From assembly GCA_021613535.1 (NCBI GenBank), contig CP075497.1, positions 9,610,001 to 9,674,000 on the forward strand: a stretch of DNA of 64,000 bases, in the 5' to 3' direction. The first letter of the stretch is position 1. Each line of letters begins with the position of its first letter. Under the pieces are notes generated by a model that was not told the DNA's origin, searched no databases, and saw nothing but the letters and a program-made list of their open reading frames with translations. This DNA comes from Adineta vaga. Taxonomy: Eukaryota; Animalia; Rotifera. Positions 52,497-64,000 of this stretch are shown one piece after another. The translations under genes were made by a program, and so were the position numbers.

Positions 52497-53400
52497 ATGA
52501 TATTATTTTTGTTTGACAATCAAATATTGAAATTGATGTGCTTCATTGTTGTTCTGATGCCAATCGTAGTCATATGTAAGTATCTATTTCTATTGTAAAA
52601 CGAAATGAACTGATTTTTCTTATCAATCGCTCTTAAAATTTCAGGTGATGAATTTCGTCGAAATATTCAAAGGAACGATGTAGTGTAGTATAAGTTTTAA
52701 CTATTCTCTAATGCCAATGTCAGGAAAACGAGAATATCACTTCAGTTTTCATCTGTTAAATTAACACAATAATAACAAATAACGTTCGTCGAGATGATTC
52801 GCTTAACCTTCAACTGATTTTCGTTGCTCTGTCATATCTTCTACAGTAATTTTGAATATAAATCAAATAATTTCGTTTGCTTTCGAGCATCGTCGTCCAC
52901 TCCACCCTCCACACCTCTCTGCTAGATAGCATGCACTAAATCTACGATATCTTTCAAAACTCACTGCTTTTCCTTTCGACATCTCATCAAAAAAATTAAA
53001 CCGTTTTGGCGAATCGTACGTAAGGAGAAGGCTTATGCAGTCACAGTATTTACTAGTAGTCATATCGAGAGATTAGGAAACACACCTCAATATACCAGTG
53101 ACCGTTTGAACTTCAAAACAAAGTTTAGTAATGTTGATACGTATCGAATAGAATGAATCAATATAGTTGACCCAACAGTCAAACAGGTGAACGTATCTCC
53201 AATACAAATGTGTAGTGTTTCAATATATTTTTCTGAACTATAATTATCAAATATTCATCTACCTCAATACTACTACAAGTGTTTAGAAAGGTAAATTCCA
53301 TATTGTGCAAAACTCTCATGAATAGAACTATTTCTTATCGTTAGTATAACAAATCCTCTTTTAAGCGTAATAATCTTTCCCATGACCATTTCTGATGAAG
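52497..53400 (+). pseudogene. Possible decayed gene for a secreted, perhaps LRR-like, protein
   Basis: A signal-peptide-like exon (MILFLFDNQILKLMCFIVVLMPIVI) is followed by a gtaagt...tttcag intron and then Leu-rich fragments broken by stops. Confidence 0.25.
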
Positions 53401-54725
53401 TCATGATTCTCATTAGAAAGTGTTAATATCAATTACACATAATACATAAGTATCGCGTACAACCGAATAAAGAACAGTCTGTCAGTCTACCTCATTCTAT
53501 AAGTCAATACTAAACAGTAATACGAACTGTGGCCAAAATTCGAACAGAAATCCATTCAACTTTCGAAAGTTACTTCAAATAAAGTGTTATACAGAGAGAC
53601 TAGTCGCTCTCATGTCGGTCCAATCTCAAACGCGATTCGTCGGTTTTTGAGGTCTTCGATACCACTGATTGATCAATTTCATCATCCTTGAATTTGAATT
53701 GATCGATTTTATAAATTGGACAGTTTTGTCATGTACGTGATCTTTAACACTAACAAAGAGAGGCAGATAGACAAACACACAAACGCTTTTCCATTTTTTT
53801 TCCATATCACTCTCACTTCTATCGAGGGAACGATCTGACAAACGATGTAAACTTTGATGAATCTCCTTTTGAATGAAACTTCTAATTACGTTCATGATGT
53901 ATAATTATACAAATTCTATTGATTGTCAAGTGTTTTTAATGTATTTACAAAAGAATATTTCTCACCATGTTCTATATAATTCAGTAAGATAGATATGACA
54001 TTTAATTACGAAAATAAAGAAAGCCGATATTATATAACTTTTATTCAACGAATTTCATTAGGATATGTTTCTTTACACGATGGAATATTTAAATATAGAC
54101 TTAAACATTTATTTTCTATATCAAATTACAGTGTTTTTTTGGCGCTAAACAATGTCTTAAAACCTTGAACTGAAAATTTTATGTTATATACAGCTGGAGT
54201 TTCTATTTATTCTTTATTTATAAATAAAAACATTTTTGCATAATACAACATCTAATCATGTGCTTATTTTTTCAGTTCTTTTTCTCTTTAAATTATCGAT
54301 TTATTCTGTATTCGCGACGTCATCTTGATTTTGCTATTAATCCTTTTTTTGTTGACTCAACTACAATCACAAAATATAGAAAATTCGAGAAACAACGAGA
54401 GTTCGAGTGTAGGATTTCTTCAATGCTTTATTCTTTCTTTTTCTTCTCTCTATCAGCCCCCTCTCTTCGTTTTTTTACCTTGTTTGAACTAATAATAAAG
54501 TCTCTTACAAGTTACACTCGTAAAATAAACACTAAAAAGTAAGCAAGATTTTTTAGACGAAATGCGTCTATTCCTTTTTCTTTCTTATGTACTCGGTTTT
54601 TTTTCTCCATCAAGATATAAGAGGAAAAACGAATCAGCAGCTCTGATTTTATCTGTTCAACTATTCAATTCTTCTTTAGAGTAAAAAAAAAAGTTTAACA
54701 TATTATCTGTAGATTATTAAATATT

Positions 54726-56766
54726 ATGGGTAAAGGTAGAAAAAATTCTGAATCACCTATATTAGTCGATGAACAACAAAAAGATCTAATCATGACAACA
54801 ACTTCAAATTTTGGAATTCTTGGAAATAGCAATAATAAAGGACAATATACATGGGAAGAAATACGTCGTCATTCGAGTAAAACAGATCGTTGGATTGTTG
54901 TTGGTAAACGCGTTTTCGATATTACTCGTTGGACGAAACATCCTGGTGGACAAGTTGTTCTTAATCATTACGCTGGACAAGATGCTACTGTAAAGAAATG
55001 TGACATTAATTGAACAAAAAAATCTATGTACGTTTGTTTTTATTAGGAAGTTTTTCATGCATTTCATCCTGATATAACAACTGTACAAAAATATCTCAAA
55101 TCATTTTGTATTGGTGACGTCATTGATGACACAACAGATGACGAACAAGCATTAAAAGATGATTTTGAAAAATTACGACAAAAGGCAATTTCAAAAGTAA
55201 TGTAATTTATTGCGAAAAATTTTAGTTCTAATTTGTTTGTGGATCTTTTAGAAATTCTTTGAACCAAGTCGATGGTTTTTTATACTAAGTTTCTTACATA
55301 TTCTGGCATTTGAATTCGCGGCTTATTTTGTTCTCTTTCGTTTTGGTACCAGTTGGATACCTTATTTGACTACACTTCTTTTTTATATAATTGCTGAAGT
55401 TTGTTTAACAAAATTTTCTTTTTTTATAAATCGAATTCTATTCAATATCTTCTCTAGGCACAGTGTGGTTGGATTCAACATGATTTCGGACATTTATCTG
55501 TCTTTAAAAAAGCTTCATGGAATCATTTCTTACATCGATTATCTCTTGGTTTCATTAAAGTTTGTTATCGAAAATATTTCAACTGGAAAAAATAGGAGTT
55601 TTTTTAATATAGGGAGGTAGTGCAGATTGGTGGAATAATATGCATTTTCAACACCATGCAAAACCGAATGTTATTGATAAAGATCCCGATACACGTATTG
55701 AAACTTTATTTCTATTGGGTGATACAATTCCAATCCGAGTAAGTTGATTTTCTTTGTTTTCTTTTTCGAAATTATATTTGTTTCTTTTATATGATCGGAT
55801 AGAAAGCTCAACAAAATGCAAAAAATGGAAAGAAGATCCCCTATAATCTTCAACATTTATATTTTTTTATTAGTAAAATTCAATTAAGAACATTTTGTTG
55901 AAAGAAAACCATTGAGAATTATGTTTTTTTAGTTGCTCCTCTTCTGTTTCCTATCTATTTTCAATTTATGACAATACGTCATGTGATAAAACGACAAAAA
56001 TGGGTGGTAAGTATATTCGAATTGAACTGTTAAAAGATTGATTTAATGTTTGTTTAGGATCTTGCTTGGTTATCTTTGTTCTATATCAAATTCTTTGGTT
56101 TAATATCGTTAAAACTTGGTCTTATTGGCGCATTAAAACTTTTCTTTTTAATTCGGTAAATTTTTATGACTAATCTATTCCAGCGAATCTCTTTTCTTTA
56201 CTGTTTCTAGAGCCATTGAAGGTACTTGGTTTGGTATGTTCGTTTTCTGAAAAAAAAACACTTTTTTTGTGAACGAAAATTTCTTCATTAGTTCTTGTTG
56301 CACAATCGAATCATGTTGTTATGATGTTTCACATGATAATTTGAAATTATCATGGGTTCGTATGCAATTAAAAGCAACATGTAATATTGCAAAATCAGCA
56401 TTTAATGATTGGTTTACGGGTCATTTAAATTTTCAAATTGAACATCAGTAAGTTGAAATGAAACGTTAGTTGAAAGAGAATTTTCTGTAAAAAATCTTTA
56501 GTCTTTTTCCAATGATGCCACGTCATAATCTTTACAAAATTCAACCAGATGTGATGGATTTATGTCGAAAATATAACATTCCATATATTGTGAAACCTAT
56601 GGGACGAGCTTTTCTGGATATTTTAACGTAAAAAAATTTCGAAATACTTTGTATTTTGATCATTATAATGTTTTCTTATTCTCTAGATCACTCGAAAAAT
56701 CTGGTCGAATGTGGCTTGAAGCTTATGAAGAATTGATTGAGACGACTGATACAAAAATAGACTAGA
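54726..56766 (+). CDS. Front-end (delta-5/delta-6) fatty acid desaturase, FADS family; 1-nt deletion near 56323
   Basis: Cytochrome b5 HPGG...YAGQDAT and His boxes [15 protein letters not shown] and [16 protein letters not shown]. Confidence 0.95.
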
Positions 56767-56888
56767 TGAAACAAAAGACTAACATGAATCACTTATGTTT
56801 CTAATAAAAATATTATCATTTTTTTTCCCAATATATCAGCAAAAACGAAAATCAGAAATAGAATATTTTCTCTTTCATTTCTTTCAAG

Positions 56889-57964
56889 ATGGATAATCAG
56901 AAAGTTATTCTAAAATGGAATAAACAAGAGTTAAGTTTTGATCTTCAACCGACGCAAACTATCAGTGAATTAAAAAGTTTAATCTATGAACAAACACATA
57001 TCCTACCTGATCGACAAAAACTCATGGGTTTGAAATTAAAAACATCAGGTGCCATTACAAATACAACAACAATTGATGAACTAAATCTTTCATCTAAGAT
57101 GATGTTAATGGGTACACCTGAAGAATCAATTACAGAATTAAATTCATCATTAGCTGTACAACCTGATTTATCGGAAGGACAAGAAGAAGAACAACAAGAT
57201 ACAACATGTATTGAAGATCCGGATACAATTCCATTGGACAAACGAGAAGAAGTTCGAACTAAATTAGAACGACGTATCAATACTTATCAAGGCAAACTTT
57301 TAAATGAGCCACGAGTAGGAAAGAAATTACTTGTCTTAGATATTGATTATACATTATTTGATCATCGAAGTGCTGCAGAAACAGGTGCAGAATTGATGAG
57401 ACCATATTTACATGAATTTTTAACGACTGTTTATGAACATTACGATATTGGAATTTGGTCAGCTACATCGATGAAATGGATCGAATCGAAAATGAAATTA
57501 CTCGGCATCGAAGGCATATCACAAGGACGTACAACTAATACAGAATTTAATTATAAAATTATTTTCTATATGTATGTTTATCATTCGAATTGAATAGATA
57601 AAATTTCCTTTTTCTTTCAAGGGATTCTGGTGCAATGATTTCTGTTTATACAAAAGAATTTGGTCTTCAAGACGTTAAACCATTACCTGTTATCTGGGAA
57701 AAATATCCTACACTCTATTCAGCAAAAAATACCATTATGTTTGATGATGTTTCACGAAATTTTTTATTAAATCCATTAAATGGATTAAAAATTCGTCCAT
57801 TTAAACGTGCACATTTTACACGTACAACTGATCGAGAATTGTTTCACTTAACGCAATATTTAGTTATGATCGCGCAATATGATGATTTAAGTAAACTCGA
57901 TCATCGTCGTTGGGAACAAATGCTTGAACGACAACAATTTATTGAACGACGAAAAACAAATTAA
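56889..57964 (+). CDS. UBLCP1: Ubiquitin-like domain-containing CTD phosphatase 1 (2 exons)
   Basis: UBL domain ([19 protein letters not shown]), [53 protein letters not shown] and [25 protein letters not shown]. Confidence 0.96.
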
Positions 57965-57983
57965 TAAAATAAAGACACACTTT

Positions 57984-58576
57984 TTATTCATTTTGATCTC
58001 TAGCAATTTGTGCGAGTAATCCTTGGCATGTGGGAAAGATTCCTTTTACCTAAAACAAAGCAACAAATGAATTTTATTGTCTGATAGAAATGAAATTCTT
58101 ACTTTTGAATATGTAATTGCTAGTTCGGTCACTTTCGGTTGCATTTTTACTAATCCGTAGATGTAAATATATTTTACTTGAGGAAAATCATGAATATTTG
58201 GAATCATGGCGAATGAAAGTTCGGGAGGAATGATTAGAAATAGTTTTTCTCCATTTAATAATTCATTATCATTCATTTCACCGATTTGTTCAATATATTG
58301 TTCACATGTAGGAATATCTGTAAATGTTCGAAGATAACCAATTAGATTTTTCAATTTGATTTGAACATCAATATTCGCTGGTTGATTGTTTAGTTCAGGA
58401 TCAAGCCAAACTAGAGTTAGATTACCATTATTCGATGATGAAGATGCATTTGATAATGAATCTTGATGGATTAATTTTGGTAATGATAATTCGTCATTTT
58501 TTGATTGTTTTTTTTCTTCTGAATCATGCAAACTTATCTTCTTATCGAAAGCGTATTTACCAGTTTTCGATCCCAT
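57984..58576 (-). CDS. Small putative N-myristoylated protein with an alpha/beta receiver-like domain (2 exons)
   Basis: MGSKTGK..., LTLVWLD...LRTF...CEQYI...KLFLII...IHDFPQVKYIYIY...YSK|VKGIF...DQNE*. The gtaaga...ttttag intron at about 58051-58102 keeps the frame. Confidence 0.7.
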
Positions 58577-59300
58577 TTCATTCGACCAAAATAATCAATA
58601 GAGTTCTCACGAAATATAACTTGTCTTTTATTACTTTTTCTTACTTGTGTATGAGTAAATTTTATATTCACTTGTTTTACTTGATATTGCACATCAATAT
58701 TTATGATTTTACAAAAAAAACGTCGAAGGAAGTTTTTATCGGTCTTTTTACTTTTTCTTTGTAAAAAAACTCTATCGAACAGTTTTACATTATGCTAATC
58801 ATGAAAGGAATTCTGTATTATTAGTTACGTTTAATAGAGCAAAATATTTTCGTTTTTTGAAGAAAATTAATGTTAGATACTTTATTATAGAAGTCCTTTT
58901 TGTTTCAATTTTATGATGATGTTTTCTAGTAGTAAATTCTTTTATGATGTATTTATGTTCTTTGAGTTATCTTTGGATGCCCAGTAATGTGTTTGATCAT
59001 ACGATATACTGTACACATAGTTTGAAAATAATATACTGTTATATCATCTGAAAGATGCAAGTGATTATGTAATGTGCACTGTAAACGTTACCATATGATC
59101 CATGAGCCACGTTAGTGAGTGTCGTCAGATAAATTATATTGTTTTTCTATTTGCAAAGAATAAACCAAATGTATTCACATTCGAATGCTTGAATGACACA
59201 TTCGCTTGTCTTTGCTTAATCAATAATGAAAATAACAGAACATGAATTCAGTCAAGCAAAAGGCTCGGTATATTCCGAATGACATCAACCGTCAACTCAC

Positions 59301-60490
59301 ATGATGAAATTGAAGAAACAAAAATTTGACTCAATTTTGCTATGTAAAAAAGTAACGTATAATGAATCTTACACGATGAGTACTTCACAAGACATAAGTA
59401 AATTCAAGCAATTCTCCAATGAAATATTGGTGAACATTTTCGAATATTTCAATAGAATAGAAGTTTATCCAATCGTAACATCAATCACTTGGACCAGATA
59501 CAACTTGTTTGATTTGATATCAAGATATTATTAGAGTCAGAGATAAAGAACGAATTTTTCTCTTTAAAACTATTGGATAATGCCAGTAAGGATGCTATAC
59601 AAACAATATTTTCTTTTATTCTAATTGATGAATTTTCACAACTGAGATCAATAAAGTGAGAGAACGTGTATGGTAGAATTATTGAATATATACTTTCTTT
59701 ATTATATGCTTTGCCTAATTTACAAGATCTTCGATATATGAGACCGTTTGATGATATAAGTACAACAGTGATTTCAGGATTAAAATCACGGATGATACAG
59801 ACATTAATACTGACAAAGAGTCTCACTTCGACATCTACGCATCAAATAATCTATTATAGATCTAATTTTGATCCTCTGAGGATTATGTCGGCGAAAATAC
59901 CCGTTCTTACATATTTACAGATATCAAATATTAACAAGGACGATCTGATTGATGCTCCTAACTGGAAACGCTTAATGAAACGGTCATTACCTTGATTGAA
60001 AGTATTTAAATTTCATGTTTCGATTCATTTGACTAATGAGAGCAATGATATTATTCATAAGTTTCAACAATTTCAAACGAAATTTTAGTATGCACATCGC
60101 TAGTATGTCTTGTAGAATTAAGTCACCATCAATATTATTATGTCTATTAAACGAAGCACCATTCTCGCCATGATTAAAAATTGACGAAAACAGTTTGTTC
60201 TCATTGTTTGACAATGATGAACTATTTAATCAAGTTAACATTTGTAAAGTATTCTTGAATCTGGAAACTTTTCGATGTACGGTGCGTAAAATATGTGCTT
60301 AGAGATAATATTGAATGAACTCTCCAAATTATCGAAGATCAAAAGTTTTCAATATGAAGAATTGCGCGTTATAGATGACCGTTATTTGTCACAAAATTCA
60401 ACACCACTGGTTGATACTTACTCATTCACAATTCAATGCACATACAATGGAGATGATTACATATACACTGATAGTTCAAATACTGATTGA
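59301..60490 (+). pseudogene. Degenerate F-box/LRR-like gene
   Basis: F-box-like KFKQFSNEILVNIFEYFNRIEVY, then Leu-rich fragments (LPNLQDL, IPVLTYLQI, NWKRLMKRSLP*LKVFKF) interrupted by several stops and frameshifts. Confidence 0.6.
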
Positions 60491-61125
60491 TGCCTGTTTC
60501 AACAGTATAGACATTATTTGTTGTACTAATCTCATCATATTCTAGATGACTAATTATTCTTTGTTTAGGTACATAAATCATTCATAGCGTTACTTCAAAT
60601 GATATATGTAGAAGCTAACTTACCTTAAAGGTGAGGGTGATAATGGCAAGAGTTGAATATACGTGACGCGAAGTGTGCTAAATATCTAGGCTAGTTGGAT
60701 TAGTTAAAAATTGACTATTTGCATTGAGAATATGAATAGTTATAATTATTTTCTTGTTTCTGTTCATGAATAGATAAAATTCACTTAAAATGTGGAATTG
60801 ACTGTTCTCGACATCATTCACTCTGACTATGAAATGAAAATAGTTCATTTAATACTTGAATTCAAGTTTGACACTACGAGGAATAGTTAGACCATGCGAA
60901 AATATTCATATATGATTTTTATAAAAGAATAATTCAATTATTGCAACAGAACTTTAAAAAAACCTAGTTATATCAGTATGATTTTGTAAAAGACATATTA
61001 CACAAGACACAGTTTATTCTTGAAATACTTGAGAACATGTGTACAGTTAAGAATAAGAACAGAATACTTCAACGCTATTCAACCGTGACACATGTGTATT
61101 ATATACATCTAACCAACGTAATAAA

Positions 61126-63041
61126 ATGCATATGATAATGATAAATGATGGTCATGAGAAACCGGCAATGTCGTCGCCGTTTTCTCGAAAACTTCAGTCA
61201 AATTTTCTGATAGGATATCTTCTTCTTTCGAGTAAATATTTTAAAATTTTAATCGATTGTTCTCCGATATTTTATTTCTATTTCAATGCAATAGTCGGAG
61301 GATATCTACCAAGTGCTTATATTTATATCCTTTTCAATAGTTATAACATTAATCATTCGACTATTGAACATTTCTTTATTTATTGTTTTATTGCATCGCT
61401 CTTCTGTGGAACATTTATTGCTTCACTTGCTGATCATTGGTAAGTATAAATATTGGTCGATCTAAAAATAACTTCGATAGAAAAGAAAACCGTTTTTACT
61501 TTTCTTTTGCAGTGGGCGTCGTAATGCATGCCTTCTATGTAGTGTCGTCTATGGATTGTATCATGCATCATGTGTAAGAAGAAAAAAAACTAGATGAATA
61601 TTCGCGAGAGATATTAATGTAAAGATTCTATTTAGAATTTTTCTGATGAATTCATTTTAATTATTGGTCATATCTGTCGGGGAATAGGCGATGCACTTTA
61701 TTCAACAGCATTTGAAGCATGGTTAATGCAAGAACATGAACAAGTTTGTTGAAATTATCATTTATATATATATATGATAGATTTTTTGCATTACCATAGC
61801 ATGATTTAGATACTCGTGTGTTGGAACGTATTTTGTACAATTCGAGTATATTTTATTATTTGTTTATTGAATATTGAGTATTTATTTTTATATTTTAGAT
61901 GTTTATTTGAATATTGTAACTATAGGAACAGGTCTTGTGGCACAAATTCTTTCTCAATTTTATGGTCATATGTAAGAATCGAACTGCTTTTTATCTCTCT
62001 CTATGCACGTGTACTAATAATCGATTATTTGATGAATTTAGTGCTCCATTTAATGTCGGTATTGGCTTTTTTGTTTTGGCATTTTTATTCATTCTCATTA
62101 AATGGCCAGAAAATTATGGAAGAAAAAGAATCTTTATAAACACTGCTCATGTTCCAGCAATGAGGCTACTTCGTGCTAGTTAGTCTATCTACTTATATAA
62201 TAATCATCCTTCAATCTATTTTTAGATCCTCGAATTATTCTATGTGGTTTAAGTAATGCATTATTTCGTGCATCTTTTTATATTTGGTTAATTGAATGGA
62301 CACCTACATTACAAGCAGCAACAAATAAAACATTTGCTGAACCATTACCATTAGGTTTTCTATATTCAATTTATTTAGTAAGTAGTAATATGGATTATGA
62401 AATCGATGAGCATTCCTTTCTGACTATTAGCTATGTCGTCTATTGGGTTCGTTTGCTTTCGGTTCACTTATCAAACGATTTCGCGTACAAACATTTATGA
62501 TGTATGTTAAAATAGAAAAGAAACACTGTTATGATAGTCATCTTATTAATATTTGTAGAGTTATTTTTCTTCTTGCCGCTATTGGATTGAGTGCACCAAT
62601 TCTAACTCCGAATGTAAATGTTTGAAATTGACTTATAAAATTCGTTGGTTTCTTTTTAATTTTTTTAGGATCAATGGATTATTTTATTAGGTTTTCTTCT
62701 ATTTCAAATTTGTGAAGGTATCTTTGTACCATCGATTGCTTTGTTAAGAAGCGAATATATTCCAAATGAATGTAAGCAATGAATTCTGTTCAGAAATTTC
62801 TCTTCATTCAGTTCTTAGTACGAACTACATTGATGAATTATTTACGTGTACCTCAACTTATTCTCATGCTTATTATTTTACTCGGCGTAAGTATTAATAA
62901 CTAACAATAAAATGAATGAAATTTTCTATATGTTTCAATTGAAATTTCTTCTAGCACTTTCCATTATCTGTCGTATTTACATCTTGTGCATATATGTTAC
63001 TAATGGCAATGTTTATCATGATGATATTAAGAAAGTTTTAG
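61126..63041 (+). CDS. Divergent MFSD5-like MFS transporter, many short exons (start codon uncertain: 61126 or 61168)
   Basis: GTFIASLADH|CGRRNACL, LYSTAFEAWLMQEH, WPENYG, WLIEWTPTL, PLPLGFLYS, GIFVPSIALLRSEYIPNE and RTTLMNYLRVP. Confidence 0.85.
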
Positions 63042-63471
63042 ATTATATGTAGATTGATGAAATAAAAATAAAGAAAGTTGACAATTTAATTGTTATAAAT
63101 TTGATCAATTCAATAAAATGTTGATATATTATACAATCAATGTAGTTTTGAATAGAAGAAAGAAATCGATTATAATATTTCTTCTTTTCTTTTTAATATT
63201 CAGACGAAAGAGCAATGATAAATGATGAGTTATAACATGTACATTGAGTATCTTATTAACAGTTGTTTTTAAAATCATATATTGGAGTAAAAACTTCAAA
63301 ATTCATTATTTGACTTTCTTTTTATTTAAAAACAATGTTTTCAACTATTAACATCTAATATATTTATATTTGGTATAAAAATTATAATATAAAGATTTCC
63401 ATATAAAGAGTTACTTTTGTTCGAAAACAAAAACAGTTATTTAAAATACTATATTATTGTCGGAATATTTT

Positions 63472-63980
63472 TTAATAACGATATGGTGAGATAACTAATG
63501 ATTCACCGTGCAATTGATATCGATCAGCATGTTTAATTACATCTGCTGCTTCTTGTTCGGTATTGAAAAGCAGAAAAGCAAATCTATGAAAAGAAAACAT
63601 TTGACATTTAAAATCCAATTGAAATATTCAAACATGAGAACTATCAAATCGATAAGAACAATGTTTTATCTTACCCTGTCAAAACTTTAAATGCATTCGT
63701 TGGTTTTACTGATCCGGCTGAGCGAGAAATGACACGTGCGGGACTATATTTACTTATTTGACAACCAACGAATAAGTACTTTAAATCAAATTCATCAATA
63801 TTAGGGGGTATACGAGTCACAACAACCTTTCTGCAACGGATATCAGCATCTGTAGTGGAGAAAAATGAACGATTATTGGCAAATTCGACTCGGCAGTTAG
63901 GTCCAAGTAATAGTCGATTTATGGGTCGATAAAGATTTCGTTTAGCTTGTGAACATGTACGATGTAAAACAAAAGCATAT
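63472..63980 (-). CDS. 3' exons of an RRM-domain RNA-binding protein (5' end outside the window)
   Basis: Hand translation gives YAFVLHRTCSQAKRNL...CRVEFA...KVVVTRIPPNIDEFDLKYLF...VLTG|FAFLLFNTEQEAADVIKHADRYQLHGESLVISPYRY*, with RNP2- and RNP1-like motifs. Absent from the ORF track. Confidence 0.78.
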
Positions 63981-64000
63981 CTAAAAAGAAATGATGAGAA

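Noticed and set aside
53400-54542. ORFs 53626-53895 and 54258-54542 as genes or a transposon remnant
   Set aside because: I could see no recognisable domain, terminal repeats or target-site duplication.
1-64000. CRISPR arrays, tRNA/rRNA genes, telomeric repeats, transposase or reverse transcriptase
   Set aside because: None were seen by eye. A tRNAscan, Infernal or RepeatMasker run is needed to exclude small ncRNAs or MITEs.

Overview
This is AT-rich, gene-dense eukaryotic DNA with very short (mostly about 50-60 nt) GT-AG introns. Animal genes (Slit, TRIM37, LRP12-like, GPR89, ABCF1, UBLCP1) are mixed with bacterial-type enzymes such as an intronless arginine deiminase. That combination most resembles a bdelloid rotifer, which is an inference. 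About 22 genes or gene relics can be reconstructed by hand-splicing. Five points stand out. (1) A tandem pair of hedgehog-related Hog (Hint + sterol-recognition) genes has an autoprocessing module that is about 98% identical in DNA, including an identical intron, while the secreted 8-Cys N-terminal domains, which I do not recognise, are only about 42% identical in protein. (2) Slit carries a duplicated, same-phase LRR exon pair that looks like mutually exclusive exons. (3) An intact arginine deiminase sits next to an intron-bearing DUF2804-like gene, suggesting an HGT islet. (4) Several co-oriented gene pairs have very short spacers and a splice acceptor directly before the downstream ATG, which is operon or trans-splicing-like, and one of them may be an FMO-SDR fusion. 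(5) Five single-base frameshifts fall in otherwise intact genes and are most likely assembly errors. I saw no rRNA, tRNA, CRISPR array or recognisable transposon.
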